64,000 nucleotides of DNA. Source: Bacteroidota bacterium (GTDB lineage: Bacteria; Bacteroidota; Bacteroidia; Flavobacteriales_F; PHOS-HE28). Below, in pieces: positions 1-9,539 of this stretch; the first letter of the stretch is position 1, and each line of letters starts with the position of its first letter. The notes beneath the pieces are model-generated. The model saw only the letters and a program-made list of their open reading frames with translations, made no database searches and had not been told where the DNA came from. The position numbers and the translations under genes were made by a program. Location of the stretch: assembly GCA_014584605.1 (NCBI GenBank), contig JACTMO010000027.1:11690-75689 (forward strand), given 5' to 3'.

Positions 1-870
1 TTCCAGGGCCAGGTCGTACCGCTGCTGTGCGCGGTGGAAGACCACCCGTGTATTGAGCAGACGGGGCATCTCCCGGACCGCTCCCGTGCGCCGCACCCGG
101 TCCTCGGCCGAAAGCAGGTAGTGCTCGGCCTTGTCCAGCTGTTCCAGCTGGGCGTAGGCCCTGGCCAGGTCGCCCTCCACCCAGATCCGCTCCACCTCGC
201 TGCCGTGCCGTACGATGTAGGCGTGGGCCTTGTGCAGGAACGGTACCGCATTGCTCCAGCGCCTGTCCTCCATGTGGTAGGCGGCCAGCAGGTTCTGCGC
301 GAAGGCCATGCCCGAACTGTCGCGCACATCCTCGTACAGCCGGATGGCCTCGCTCACGTGGGCGATGGCCTCGTTGCGCCGACCGGTGATGTTGCAGGCG
401 TTGGCCATGTCGGTGAGCCCCCGCGTGATGGCCGCCGTATCGCTGCTGGCCCGCATATGCCCCAGGGCGATGCGGGCGTGCTCGTACCCGCGGTCGTTCT
501 GGCCGGTGGCGAACAGGGCGACGGAGATCCACCCATGGTCGTCGCCGATGGTACGCGCCTTCCCCATGCGCTCGGCAACGCCCAGGGCTTCCACCGCCCG
601 CTCCAGCATGTCCGTGTGCTGGCTCTGGATGTAATGCACGTAGCGGATGTTGTTCAGCACGTCATGGAGCAGGGCGTCGTCCTTGGCCTCCCGGGCCGCA
701 GGCAGGGCCTCCAGGGACAAACGCATGGCCTGCCCGGGGTCGCTCTCCAGCATGGCGTATGCGCTGTCGGCCAGCGCGCGCGGGCCGGGCCGTTGTGCCG
801 CGACCAGCATCGGGGCCATCGCCATCCAGGCGATGGCCAGGGTCCGGGCCTGTTGCAGTAGGGGTGCCAT
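1..870 (-). CDS. TPR-repeat protein, N-terminal part (gene continues past the left edge); possibly a TPR-type sensor
   Basis: Absent from the ORF track because it has no stop in the window. Reverse-strand translation from the ATG at 870 gives MAPLLQQARTLAIAWMAMAPMLVAAQ (signal-like). Repeated helical TPR-like units follow (AIAHVSEAIRLYEDVRDSSGMAFAQNLLAAYH, GDLARAYAQLEQLDKAEHYLL), open in frame to base 1. The + strand ORF 34..861 is its antisense shadow. Confidence 0.6.
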   Translation of the reverse strand, partial: MAPLLQQARTLAIAWMAMAPMLVAAQRPGPRALADSAYAMLESDPGQAMRLSLEALPAAREAKDDALLHDVLNNIRYVHYIQSQHTDMLERAVEALGVAERMGKARTIGDDHGWISVALFATGQNDRGYEHARIALGHMRASSDTAAITRGLTDMANACNITGRRNEAIAHVSEAIRLYEDVRDSSGMAFAQNLLAAYHMEDRRWSNAVPFLHKAHAYIVRHGSEVERIWVEGDLARAYAQLEQLDKAEHYLLSAEDRVRRTGAVREMPRLLNTRVVFHRAQQRYDLALE

Positions 871-943
871 GGGCACCAAGATCGCCAGATGCCGGAGCAC
901 TGCTGCACCCCGGCAACGCAGGCTATGAACCGGCGATCGTGGA

Positions 944-1870
944 TCAGCAGCGCTCCAGGAAGTTCTCGGCCAGCATGCAGCGCACGCTACCCCCGCCCAC
1001 AGCCTCGATGGTGGGGATGGGCACCGGCACCAGCTGGGCTTCGCGTTCCAGCGCCTGCCGCTGGTCGGGCCGCAGCGCATGAAAGGCCGTTTCGGAGAGC
1101 AGGATGAAGCACCCATCGCCGGAGGCCGCCCGGAGCTGCAGCATGTTGCCCACGTACCGGTGCATCTGCTCGAGCGTGATCGGGATGATCCGCTTGCCGG
1201 CGCGCTCAAGCTCGGCCTGCACATCCTCGCGGTCCACCGGGTAGGGCAGTGCGTCGAGGCAGAGCACCGCGAAGCCCTCCCCGATGCTCATCACCACGTT
1301 GGTGTGATAGACCGGCTGTGCGGCCAGGGTGCCGTTCATGGTGGCCAGGAAGGGTACCTGATGGCCGTCGGTCACTCCGCACCAGCTGTTGAGGGCGCGT
1401 TCGCTCGTGCGGGGCGAAAGGGCGGCATAGGCGGTGCGGTGCGCCCGGTCGAGCACCAGGCTGCCGGTCCCTTCCAGATAGCGGCCCTCGCGTTCCAGGC
1501 CGCTGAGGTCCACCACGCGGCGCACCAGGAACCCCTCGCGCGCCAGGGTGCGGTCCAGGCCATGGTCGCGTTCGGCACGGCGGCTGGGTGTGCACATGGG
1601 GTAGAGCACCACGGTGCCGTCCTCGTGGGTGCTGAACCAGTTGTTGGCGAACACGGCGTTCGGTGCGTCGGGGGCGATGGGGTCCAGCACCGTGGTGCCG
1701 ATGCCGCAGTGGCCCAGGGACTCCAGCAGGCCATCGAACTCGGCGCAGGCCCGGTCGCGCACGTCCGCATCGGGAAGAACGCGCTGGAACGCGTTGCTCG
1801 CGGCCGTCTGCGGATCGTGGCCGAAGCCGGTGGGGCGGAGCAGGAAGACGGCGGAGGCGGCGGTGCTCAT
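944..1870 (-). CDS. ctlX: Amidinotransferase-fold hydrolase, citrulline utilisation hydrolase CtlX-like
   Basis: 308-aa ORF with an ATG start. It has arginine-deiminase/amidinotransferase-fold features, including the C-terminal catalytic-Cys motif GGGSVRCM. It lies next to an arginase-family gene. Confidence 0.7.
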   Translation of the reverse strand: MSTAASAVFLLRPTGFGHDPQTAASNAFQRVLPDADVRDRACAEFDGLLESLGHCGIGTTVLDPIAPDAPNAVFANNWFSTHEDGTVVLYPMCTPSRRAERDHGLDRTLAREGFLVRRVVDLSGLEREGRYLEGTGSLVLDRAHRTAYAALSPRTSERALNSWCGVTDGHQVPFLATMNGTLAAQPVYHTNVVMSIGEGFAVLCLDALPYPVDREDVQAELERAGKRIIPITLEQMHRYVGNMLQLRAASGDGCFILLSETAFHALRPDQRQALEREAQLVPVPIPTIEAVGGGSVRCMLAENFLERC

Positions 1871-1955
1871 GGGTTCAGGCGATCACCGGCCAACGGTCCG
1901 GGCCTGCGGGGCGCAGCCTCGCACCGACCATTCCCGATCGCCAGCGGTGCCGTGC

Positions 1956-2894
1956 TCAACGTGCGCGCAGGATGGGGAAGAGGGGCTCCAGGATGCTGAG
2001 CGTGGCTTCGGCCATGGCATTGCCGGTATCGAGGGCCGGGTTGATCTCCACCACGTCGAGGGTCACCGTTCGAGGGTCGGCGCAAAGACCGCTCAACAGG
2101 GTGCTGGCCTCATCGAGCATCAGGCCGCCGGGCACCGGAGTGCCTGTGCCCTGGCTGATGGAGGGGTCCAGGCTGTCCACATCGAAGCTCACATGGATGT
2201 GCTCGCAGGCCGTGAGGTGGGCCAGGGTCTCGCGCACCACGGCGTCGGCGCCCTTGCGCCGCAGGTCCTCCACGGTGATGACCTTGATATGGTGCTCCTC
2301 GATGATGGCGCGCTCCTCGGGTTCGTAGTCGCGCAGGGCGATGAAGACCAGGTCGCTCGGGGTGAGCTTGGGGCCGCCGATGCCGATCTTCCGCAGGCGG
2401 TCCCACACATCCATGGTGAAGATGCGGGGCCGGTTGCGGCCCTTCTTCTCGATGTGCATGAGCAGGGCCAGGGGCATGCCATGCACATTGCCGCTCGGGG
2501 TGGTCCACGGACTGTGGAGGTCGGCGTGGGCATCGATCCACACCACGCCCAGGCGTTCGTTGGGGAAGGCCATCTTGGTGCCGCTCACCGAGCCGATGGC
2601 GATGGAGTGGTCCCCGCCCACCACAATGGGGAAGGTGTTGTTCCGCACATACCGGTACACCTCGTAGGCCAGGTCGCTCTCGAAGCGGATCAGGCCGTCG
2701 ATGTGGTGGGCGTTGGGCGAGTTGTCGTCCTCGTAGAGCACATCGTTCTCGTCGCGCAGGATGCTCTCCTCGGCGTGGCCGAAGAGCTCGCTGCCCAGTT
2801 TCCAGGCGGCCACGCGCAGGGCGGCCATGCCCATGCTGGCGCCTCGTTTGCCCGCTCCGATCTCCGAAGCCGCCTCGATCAATCGCAGTTCCAT
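1956..2894 (-). CDS. rocF: Arginase-family (ureohydrolase) enzyme, probably arginase
   Basis: Mn-site motifs GGDHSIA, DAHADL, SFDVDSLDP and GTGTPVPGG are present. Start trimmed to MELRLIEAASEIG (ATG at 2894); the track ORF begins 29 codons further upstream. Confidence 0.8.
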   Translation of the reverse strand: MELRLIEAASEIGAGKRGASMGMAALRVAAWKLGSELFGHAEESILRDENDVLYEDDNSPNAHHIDGLIRFESDLAYEVYRYVRNNTFPIVVGGDHSIAIGSVSGTKMAFPNERLGVVWIDAHADLHSPWTTPSGNVHGMPLALLMHIEKKGRNRPRIFTMDVWDRLRKIGIGGPKLTPSDLVFIALRDYEPEERAIIEEHHIKVITVEDLRRKGADAVVRETLAHLTACEHIHVSFDVDSLDPSISQGTGTPVPGGLMLDEASTLLSGLCADPRTVTLDVVEINPALDTGNAMAEATLSILEPLFPILRAR

Positions 2895-3004
2895 GCTGTT
2901 CAGGGGAGTCGGCCAAAGGTAGGGAGGCCCCTTCCGGGGGCAAGGGAAACCCTGCGGGGCCGGTTCCCGTAGGAAGGCCACCTGTCATTGCTTCAGAGCG
3001 ACCC

Positions 3005-3712
3005 ATGGACCTGTTCGGACGAAACACCTGCACCGTGCTGCTGGCCGTTGCCCTGATGGGCAACGGCTGCAGCCACGGGCTGCTCCAGGACCAGGTGGCC
3101 GAGGGTGTGATCGAGTACGCGCTCTCGTTCCCGGACTACGACCCCAACGGGTTGATGGCCGGCATGCTGCCGGAGAAGACGACGATGACCTTCACCAGGG
3201 ACCGTCAACTGGCCGAGCTCAGCGCCGGCATGGGGGTGTTCCGTACGACCATCATCACCGACAACGAGAGCAAGCAGCTCGACTACCACCTGAGCCTGCT
3301 CAGCAAGAAACTGGTCAGCCGCCTGCAGCCGCGCGACATGCCCACCTTCAACAAAGAGAAGCCCGCCCTCACCATCCTCTACACCAACGAGGAGGACACC
3401 ATTGCCGGCTACCCCTGCAAGAAGGCGGTGGCCGTGTTCGGGGACATCAATAAACCGGAGATCGACCTGTACTACACCGACCGGATCCGCATCGACGACC
3501 CCAACTGGTACAGTCCCTTCCAGGAGGTGCCCGGCGTGCTGTTGCGTTACGAGCTGGTCCAGTACGGCATGCGCATGCGGCTTGATGCCGTGGCGGTGAC
3601 CCCCGGTCCGGTGGACCCGGTGCGCTTCGCCCTGAAGGATGGCTACCAGGAAGTGCCGCCCGAGATCCTGGACCACGAGCTGCAGGAGGTGCTGGGCACC
3701 TTCAGCCTTTGA
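3005..3712 (+). CDS. Hypothetical lipoprotein
   Basis: 235-aa ORF with a signal peptide plus lipobox (LLAVALMGNGCS). I recognise no catalytic motif. Confidence 0.6.
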   Translation: MDLFGRNTCTVLLAVALMGNGCSHGLLQDQVAEGVIEYALSFPDYDPNGLMAGMLPEKTTMTFTRDRQLAELSAGMGVFRTTIITDNESKQLDYHLSLLSKKLVSRLQPRDMPTFNKEKPALTILYTNEEDTIAGYPCKKAVAVFGDINKPEIDLYYTDRIRIDDPNWYSPFQEVPGVLLRYELVQYGMRMRLDAVAVTPGPVDPVRFALKDGYQEVPPEILDHELQEVLGTFSL

Positions 3713-3792
3713 GCCTCAAGGGCTTCCGTTTTCCCTTCGCCAGTGTTGATAAGAGCCGGGCATCCCCGCCCGACGCCCGGCAGGCCCCCCGG

Positions 3793-3800
3793 TACTTTTG
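3793..3800 (+). promoter_or_regulatory. Bacteroidota-type -7 box TACTTTTG upstream of ftsK
   Basis: Exact match to TAnnTTTG, 34 nt upstream of the ATG at 3834. The TTG start used by the ORF track (3798) lies inside this box, which favours the ATG at 3834. Confidence 0.45.
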
Positions 3801-3833
3801 AACGTCCCGCGCGCCAGCCTGCGCGGGCGTTGC

Positions 3834-6434
3834 ATGCCCGTGGCCAACGACCGCAAGAACAGGGTGAAGCCCACCGACGACGGAACGGAGGAGAAAGCCC
3901 CCGAACGGAACAGCAAACGCAACCGGCCGCGCGATACCGGAACGGGTTGGTGGGCGCGTACCCGGCGGTTCCTGGCCGACCGGCGCACGCACAAGGTCGC
4001 CGGGCTCTTCCTGGTGCTGCTCAGCGGCTATCTGTTGGTGGCCTTCCTGAGCTACCTGTTCACCTGGCGGGCCGATCAGGACCTTACCAGCCGTTCGTGG
4101 GGAGCGTTGCTCAGCCGCGAGGTGGAGGCCGACAACTGGCTGGGCAAGCTCGGGGCCCTGGTGAGCCACCAGTTCATCCGCAGCTGGTTCGGCGTGGCCG
4201 CCTTCGCCTTTGTGCTGTGGAGCTTCCTGGGCGGGGTGCGCATCCTGATCGGAAGCTGGCTGTTGCCCGTGCGACGGACCCTCACCTGGAGCCTGGTGAC
4301 GTTGCTGTGGCTTCCGGCGGCCCTGGCCTTCGTTCTGCGGAGCGGTGAGCTCGCCTTCCTGGGCGGTGCGCTGGGCTACACCGTGAACGGTCATCTCACC
4401 GGCCTGCTGGGCAACTTCGGTGCAGGGGCCTTGCTGCTGTTCAGCCTGGCGGCGGTGCTCACGGCCGTGTTCGACCCCAGCTTCACCTGGCTCTCCGCCC
4501 TGCTGCAACGCCGGGCCGAAGCGCCCCCGGTGGAACCGCCTGTGGAGGAGCCCGTGGCCGCCAAGCCCAACCGGCTGCGCACGGAAGAGGCCGTACCGGT
4601 GGAGGTCGAAGCACCGGCCGTGGAGGCCGTCCGTGCCGAAGCCCCCCCCATGGACCTCATGCTGGAAGTTCCTGAACCACCCGCTCCGGCCGAGGTCGGG
4701 ACCGCACCGCTCGACATGGAGGTGGAAGGGCTGGTGCCCGAGGATGGTCCGGAGCTGGACCTGAGCCCCGCTGCGCAGGAGGAGACGCCCCCCGACCCCA
4801 TCCTGCCCGCCGTGCCCATCGCTGTGGAGGGCATGAGCGTGGAGGCCGGCGCCGAGGACAAGGTGCTCACCGAGGACCAGATCGAGGCCAAGCTGCAGGA
4901 GTTCGGGGAGTACGACCCCACGCTGGACCTGAGCAGCTACGAACTGCCCCCGCTGGACCTGCTGGTGGACCACGGCACCGGTGAGGTGACCGTCACCAAG
5001 GAGGAACTGGAGGCCAACAAGGACCGCATCGTGGCCACCCTGGGCCACTACAACATCGGCATCGACAAGATCAAGGCCACCATCGGCCCCACGGTCACCC
5101 TGTACGAGATCATCCCGCAGGCCGGGGTGCGCATCAGCAAGATCAAGAACCTGGAGGACGATATCGCCCTGAGCCTGGCAGCACTGGGCATTCGCATCAT
5201 CGCGCCGATCCCGGGCAAGGGCACCATCGGCATCGAAGTGCCCAACAGCAGGCCGCAAGTGGTGGGCATGCGCGCGGTGGTGGCCAGCGAGAAGTTCCAG
5301 AACACCAGCATGGACCTGCCGATCGTGCTGGGCAAGACCATCAGCAACGAAACCTTCGTCACGGACCTCAGCAAGATGCCGCACCTGCTGATGGCCGGTG
5401 CCACCGGCCAGGGCAAATCGGTGGGCCTCAACGCCATCCTGGTGAGCCTGCTGTACAAGAAGCACCCCAGCCAGATCAAGTTCGTGCTGGTGGACCCCAA
5501 GAAGGTGGAACTGACGCTCTTCAACAAGATCGAGCGGCACTTCCTGGCCAAGCTGCCCGGCGAGGGCGAGGCCATCATCACCGACACCAAGAAGGTGGTG
5601 GCCACCCTCAACAGCCTGTGCATCGAGATGGACGAGCGCTACGAGCTGCTGAAGGATGCGCAGGTGCGCAACATCAAGGAGTACAACAGCAAGTTCATCC
5701 GCCGCCGCCTGAACCCCGAGAACGGCCACCGCTACCTGCCCTACATCGTGCTGGTGGTGGACGAGTTCGCCGACCTGATCATGACGGCGGGCCGCGAGGT
5801 GGAGACACCCATCGCCCGCCTGGCCCAGCTGGCACGCGCCATCGGCATCCACCTGATCATCGCCACGCAGCGCCCCAGCGTCAACATCATCACCGGCACC
5901 ATCAAGGCCAACTTCCCGGCGCGCATCGCCTTCCGCGTCACCAGCAAGGTGGACAGCCGCACGATCCTGGACAGCGGCGGTGCCGAACAGCTGATCGGCC
6001 GTGGCGACATGCTGCTGAGCACGGGCAACGACCTCATCCGCATCCAGTGCGCCTTCGTGGACACGCCGGAGGTGGACAAGATCTGCGACTTCATCGGCGC
6101 GCAGCGCGGCTACCCCGACGCGCTCATCCTGCCCGAGGTGCCCACGGAAGAGGGCGGCGAACTGGACGTGGACGATGGCGAGCGCGACAGCATGTTCGAG
6201 GAGGCCGCCCGCCTGGTGGTGCAGACCCAGCAGGGTTCCACCTCGCTCATCCAGCGCAAGCTGAAGCTGGGCTACAACCGCGCCGGTCGCATCGTGGACC
6301 AGCTCGAGGCCGCCGGTGTGCTGGGGCCCTTCGAGGGCAGCAAGGCCCGCCGCGTGATGATCCCCAACGAAGCCGCCCTGGCCGCGCACCTGAACCAGGG
6401 CGTGGTGGCGGGGCCCGGATCAGGCGGGTTCTGA
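3834..6434 (+). CDS. ftsK: DNA translocase FtsK/SpoIIIE
   Basis: N-terminal TM helices and a Pro/Glu/Ala-rich linker precede the motor domain. The motor has Walker A GATGQGKS and Walker B VLVVDEFADL. A gamma winged-helix follows (GSTSLIQRKLKLGYNRAGRIVDQLE). Confidence 0.95.
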   Translation: MPVANDRKNRVKPTDDGTEEKAPERNSKRNRPRDTGTGWWARTRRFLADRRTHKVAGLFLVLLSGYLLVAFLSYLFTWRADQDLTSRSWGALLSREVEADNWLGKLGALVSHQFIRSWFGVAAFAFVLWSFLGGVRILIGSWLLPVRRTLTWSLVTLLWLPAALAFVLRSGELAFLGGALGYTVNGHLTGLLGNFGAGALLLFSLAAVLTAVFDPSFTWLSALLQRRAEAPPVEPPVEEPVAAKPNRLRTEEAVPVEVEAPAVEAVRAEAPPMDLMLEVPEPPAPAEVGTAPLDMEVEGLVPEDGPELDLSPAAQEETPPDPILPAVPIAVEGMSVEAGAEDKVLTEDQIEAKLQEFGEYDPTLDLSSYELPPLDLLVDHGTGEVTVTKEELEANKDRIVATLGHYNIGIDKIKATIGPTVTLYEIIPQAGVRISKIKNLEDDIALSLAALGIRIIAPIPGKGTIGIEVPNSRPQVVGMRAVVASEKFQNTSMDLPIVLGKTISNETFVTDLSKMPHLLMAGATGQGKSVGLNAILVSLLYKKHPSQIKFVLVDPKKVELTLFNKIERHFLAKLPGEGEAIITDTKKVVATLNSLCIEMDERYELLKDAQVRNIKEYNSKFIRRRLNPENGHRYLPYIVLVVDEFADLIMTAGREVETPIARLAQLARAIGIHLIIATQRPSVNIITGTIKANFPARIAFRVTSKVDSRTILDSGGAEQLIGRGDMLLSTGNDLIRIQCAFVDTPEVDKICDFIGAQRGYPDALILPEVPTEEGGELDVDDGERDSMFEEAARLVVQTQQGSTSLIQRKLKLGYNRAGRIVDQLEAAGVLGPFEGSKARRVMIPNEAALAAHLNQGVVAGPGSGGF

Positions 6435-6439
6435 GCCCC

Positions 6440-6778
6440 CTACCCCGTCAGGCGCCACAGCATCCCGGCAAGCACCACCGTCATGATCACCGAGTAGATG
6501 GTCTTGTTGTGACGGGCCAGCCACTCGGGCAGAAAGATGTCGAAGTTGGCGCGCTGGGAGTCGGAGTAGCGGCGGGCCACCACGGTGAGCGGGCAGCTCA
6601 TGCGAAAGAGGAGCAGCGCGATGATCTCGAGCCCCACCAGCCCCAGGCCCATCCAGAACCAGCGGTCGATGCGGTCGGCGATGACGGCGTAGAGGAGGTA
6701 GTGGATGACCGCGCTGAGCACCACCCAGATGACGGTGTGTACGGCCTTGATCGCGATCAACGCTGCCCGCGCTTGCAT
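6440..6778 (-). CDS. Small integral membrane protein with a CPLT motif (DUF2784-like; family assignment is an unverified recollection)
   Basis: Hydrophobic helices (HTVIWVVLSAVIHYLLYAVI, WMGLGLVGLEIIALLLF, IYSVIMTVVLAGMLW) and an SCPLT motif. ATG at 6778; an alternative GTG lies at 6826. Confidence 0.5.
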   Translation of the reverse strand: MQARAALIAIKAVHTVIWVVLSAVIHYLLYAVIADRIDRWFWMGLGLVGLEIIALLLFRMSCPLTVVARRYSDSQRANFDIFLPEWLARHNKTIYSVIMTVVLAGMLWRLTG

Positions 6779-6886
6779 GGCCCGAAGGTGGGCACGGGTG
6801 GCCCCCACGGCCCTGATGACGATCACCCACCAACGCCAGCGGCCCCCGAACAGGTCGGAGGCCGCTGACCCTGGGTCGCCATGCGA

Positions 6887-7390
6887 TCAGAACACCACGG
6901 CCTTGTTGCGGCGGGCGGGCGTCAGTCGGCGGGTATGCTCCACGGCCACACAACCGCCCTGCGCATCAAAGGCCAGGCGCCCCACGGGACCGGCATAGGC
7001 CAGTCCGCCCATGCGCTTCTCGAGTTCGAGCACCACGCCCATGCGCAGCTGCCGGTGGCCCTTGCCACCCGGGCCGAGCTCGGCGTAGTGCGTGTCCACC
7101 ACCACCTCCTTGGACAGGTGGCCGGGATGCTCGAAACGCATCCGCACCTCGGTGTCGGCCGGCAGCAGCACATCGAACCGGCCGGAGCGGGAGACGGTGG
7201 CGGTTTGGACCGTGCCACCTACGCGCACCTCCACCGTGGTCTGGTCGAAGCTGAGGGCCTCGACATGGAGCCAGCCGATCATCTCCACCGTTCCGCTGGC
7301 AAGTGGGGCCGGAGGCGGGTCGGCCTGGGTGGTGGCGAAAGGCACGAGGCAGGCGGCAAGCGCGGCCAGTAGGTGGGCGGTGCGGTGCAT
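6887..7390 (-). CDS. Secreted hypothetical protein with a carboxypeptidase-regulatory-like beta-sandwich pattern
   Basis: Only the C-terminal 167 codons of track ORF 6887..8461 look real. They begin MHRTAHLLAALAACLVPFATTQA (signal peptide). The pattern VEVRVGGTVQTATVSRSGRFDVLLPADTEVRMRFEHPGH is typical of CarboxypepD_reg-like folds. Confidence 0.55.
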   Translation of the reverse strand: MHRTAHLLAALAACLVPFATTQADPPPAPLASGTVEMIGWLHVEALSFDQTTVEVRVGGTVQTATVSRSGRFDVLLPADTEVRMRFEHPGHLSKEVVVDTHYAELGPGGKGHRQLRMGVVLELEKRMGGLAYAGPVGRLAFDAQGGCVAVEHTRRLTPARRNKAVVF

Positions 7391-7612
7391 GGTCGAGAAT
7401 GGTTGATGCCTGCGATACGGAACGCGCCCGCCCGGGTCACGCCGCTTCGACCAATGCGCAGGACCTGACCATGAACGACGGTTCCCTTCATACCGGATCG
7501 CTGACCCGCCCGCCTCCTCTGCCGACCGGGGACCGGAACCCGCCACCGGGCCTTGGCCTCCGAAGGGATCTCGCAGGGGCTGAATACCTTTCAGATCCCA
7601 ACCCCAGGACCC

Positions 7613-8365
7613 ATGCACCTGAACCCTACCCTGAAAGCCGCTTCGCTCCTGCTCGCTCTCGGCCCCATCACCAACGTGCATGCGCAGAACTGGATCGTGG
7701 GCGACCCGGTGGACATGCTGTTGTACAGCCACACCTCGTACGGCGGCTGCACCCCGGTCCCGGACCAGACCTTCACCCTGGAACCCAGCCCGGTGACGGG
7801 CGTGGGCTACAAGGCGATCATTACCGCCATCGACCCTCCTACCGGCAGCGTGAGCATCCTCCCGGGTCTCTCCAACGGCGTGGTGGGTTCCGGCTTGGCG
7901 ATCGACACGGCCGTGGAACGCAGCATCCTCCTGGCGCCTGGCACGACCAGCGCGGTGATCGAGTTCCGCGCCATGGGCACGCCCACCACGGCGGGCGAGG
8001 CGCACCCCTGCACCGCCAGCCCGTTCTGGTTGTCGAACCTCATGCTCTGTCCGGAGGGCCTGATCCCGGTGATCAACAACGCCTGCACGGTGCAATTGGG
8101 CACCGGCGTGGACGCCGGATCGGGCTTGGATCCCCGGATCCAATGGCCCACGGTAACCAACGGCCAAGAGCTGGTGATGCACCTGCCGTCCATGGCCCCC
8201 GGTACGGTGCGGGTGTTCGACGTGAACGGTCGGGTGGTGGCGCGGCGCGATATCACCGGGCAGGGAACCATCAGCCTTGTCGGCGAACGGGACGGCATCT
8301 ATGTGCTGAGCGTGTCCGGTCCTGACGGACAGACCTCCGTCCAGCGCTTCGCCCTGGTGCATTGA
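7613..8365 (+). CDS. Secreted protein of unknown function with a T9SS C-terminal sorting domain
   Basis: Signal peptide MHLNPTLKAASLLLALGPITNVHA. The C-terminus resembles a T9SS CTD (VRVFDVNGRVVARRDITGQGTISLVGERDGIYVLSVSGPDGQTSVQRFALVH). Confidence 0.7.
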   Translation: MHLNPTLKAASLLLALGPITNVHAQNWIVGDPVDMLLYSHTSYGGCTPVPDQTFTLEPSPVTGVGYKAIITAIDPPTGSVSILPGLSNGVVGSGLAIDTAVERSILLAPGTTSAVIEFRAMGTPTTAGEAHPCTASPFWLSNLMLCPEGLIPVINNACTVQLGTGVDAGSGLDPRIQWPTVTNGQELVMHLPSMAPGTVRVFDVNGRVVARRDITGQGTISLVGERDGIYVLSVSGPDGQTSVQRFALVH

Positions 8366-8495
8366 CCGTGCGGCGCATCCTGATGAAGCGGGCCCGTCGC
8401 TCCTGGAACGCCCGCCTGACCTGACCACGGCCGGAACGATCAACGCCGCAGGGCCGCGCATGGTGCGGCCTTACGGCTGAAGCAGCGGGCGCGGC

Positions 8496-9398
8496 TCACT
8501 GCCCGCCCGTCGGGGTGGCCGCTTTCTTCAGGCCGTCCTCGATCATGCCGAAGAACTGGTCCATCTTGGGCAGGATCACGATGCGGATCCGGCGGTTGGT
8601 GCTGCGCCCCTCGAGCGTGTCATTGCCAGCCTTCGGCACGTACTCGCTGCGGCCGGCGGCGGTGATGCGCGCGGGGTCCACCTTGTAGTCGTTCTGCAGC
8701 ACCCGGGTGATGGTGACCGCCCGGGACACGCTGAGGTCCCAGTTGTCCTTGAAGCACTCACGGCTGATGGGCACGTTGTCCGTGTGGCCCTCCACCAGCA
8801 CTTCCTGGTCGGGCTTGTCGTTGAGCACGGTGGCCACCTTGCCAAGCACCTCGCGGGCACGGGCCGAAAGCTCGGTGCTGCCGGTGCGGAACATCATCTT
8901 GTCGCTGAGCTCGATGAAGACGACGCTCTTCTCCACGTTCACCACCACATCCGTGTCGTTGAGGTTGCCCAGGGAGCTCTTGAGGCTGACGACCAGGGCC
9001 AGCGTGACGCTGTCCTTCTTGGTCAGTGCGTCCTGCAGGGTGCGGATGCGCAGGTCCTGTTCGCGGATCTGCTCCAGCGACCTCTCGAGGTTGGCGGCCT
9101 CCTGTTTGGTGAGGGTGGCCATCTGGTCCACGTTGTTGAGCAGGGCCGCGTTGGTGCTGTTGAGCTGGGCCACCTGGTCCTTGAGGTGCTCGTTCTTGTT
9201 CTGCAGTTCGGCCACCCGGGCCTCCAGCACGGCCTTCTCGCTGCGGCAGCCGTCAAGCCCGCGGTTGCACTCGTCCAGCTTGTTCTTCAACGTCTCGTTG
9301 GACAAGGTGAGGGCGGTGTACTTCTTCTTGGACACGCAGCCGGCGGAGCCGAGCAGCAGCACGCCCAGGGCGGCTGTCAGGAGGTGGGCAGGTCTCAT
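8496..9398 (-). CDS. OmpA-family lipoprotein with a coiled-coil N-terminal region
   Basis: Real start is MRPAHLLTAALGVLLLGSAGC (lipobox). A heptad-like coiled coil follows. The OmpA-like C-terminus reads LVEGHTDNVPI...NWDLSVSRA...GRSTNRRIRIVI. The upstream part of track ORF 8496..11192 is antisense to the next gene. Confidence 0.85.
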   Translation of the reverse strand: MRPAHLLTAALGVLLLGSAGCVSKKKYTALTLSNETLKNKLDECNRGLDGCRSEKAVLEARVAELQNKNEHLKDQVAQLNSTNAALLNNVDQMATLTKQEAANLERSLEQIREQDLRIRTLQDALTKKDSVTLALVVSLKSSLGNLNDTDVVVNVEKSVVFIELSDKMMFRTGSTELSARAREVLGKVATVLNDKPDQEVLVEGHTDNVPISRECFKDNWDLSVSRAVTITRVLQNDYKVDPARITAAGRSEYVPKAGNDTLEGRSTNRRIRIVILPKMDQFFGMIEDGLKKAATPTGGQ

Positions 9399-9539
9399 GG
9401 AACGGGATGGTTGCGCCAAAACTAACGGCCTCCTTCCGGGGCAGGACCCGACGGACAAGCTCCCCTTCCACACCCACCTGTTCACGGTGAGATCGCGTGA
9501 GGCGCGGCGGGGCCAGGTGCCGTGCCCTTCTTTGCGGCC

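Noticed and set aside
855-870. Sigma54-like sequence TGGCACCCCTACTGCA on the minus strand, with correct GG/GC spacing.
   Set aside because: It overlaps the ATG and first codons of the TPR gene (ATGGCACCCCTACTGCA), so it would fire inside the coding sequence. Its -12 half reads CTGC rather than TTGC. This is most likely a coincidence of the codons Met-Ala-Pro-Leu-Leu-Gln.
3702-6389. Very long ORFs antisense to recognised genes. Examples are 3702..6389(-), 12231..14867(-), 23487..25700(+), 42604..44664(+), 51436..54165(+), 59013..60659(+), 61097..63025(-), 34..861(+) and 62986..63981(-).
   Set aside because: Their translations are low-complexity runs rich in R, G, A, H, P and V, with no recognisable motifs. 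Each lies exactly opposite a gene with clear family signatures (ftsK, kup, LOX-like, the 611-aa gene, nrdJ, nosZ and others). Long stop-free antisense frames are expected in GC-rich DNA.
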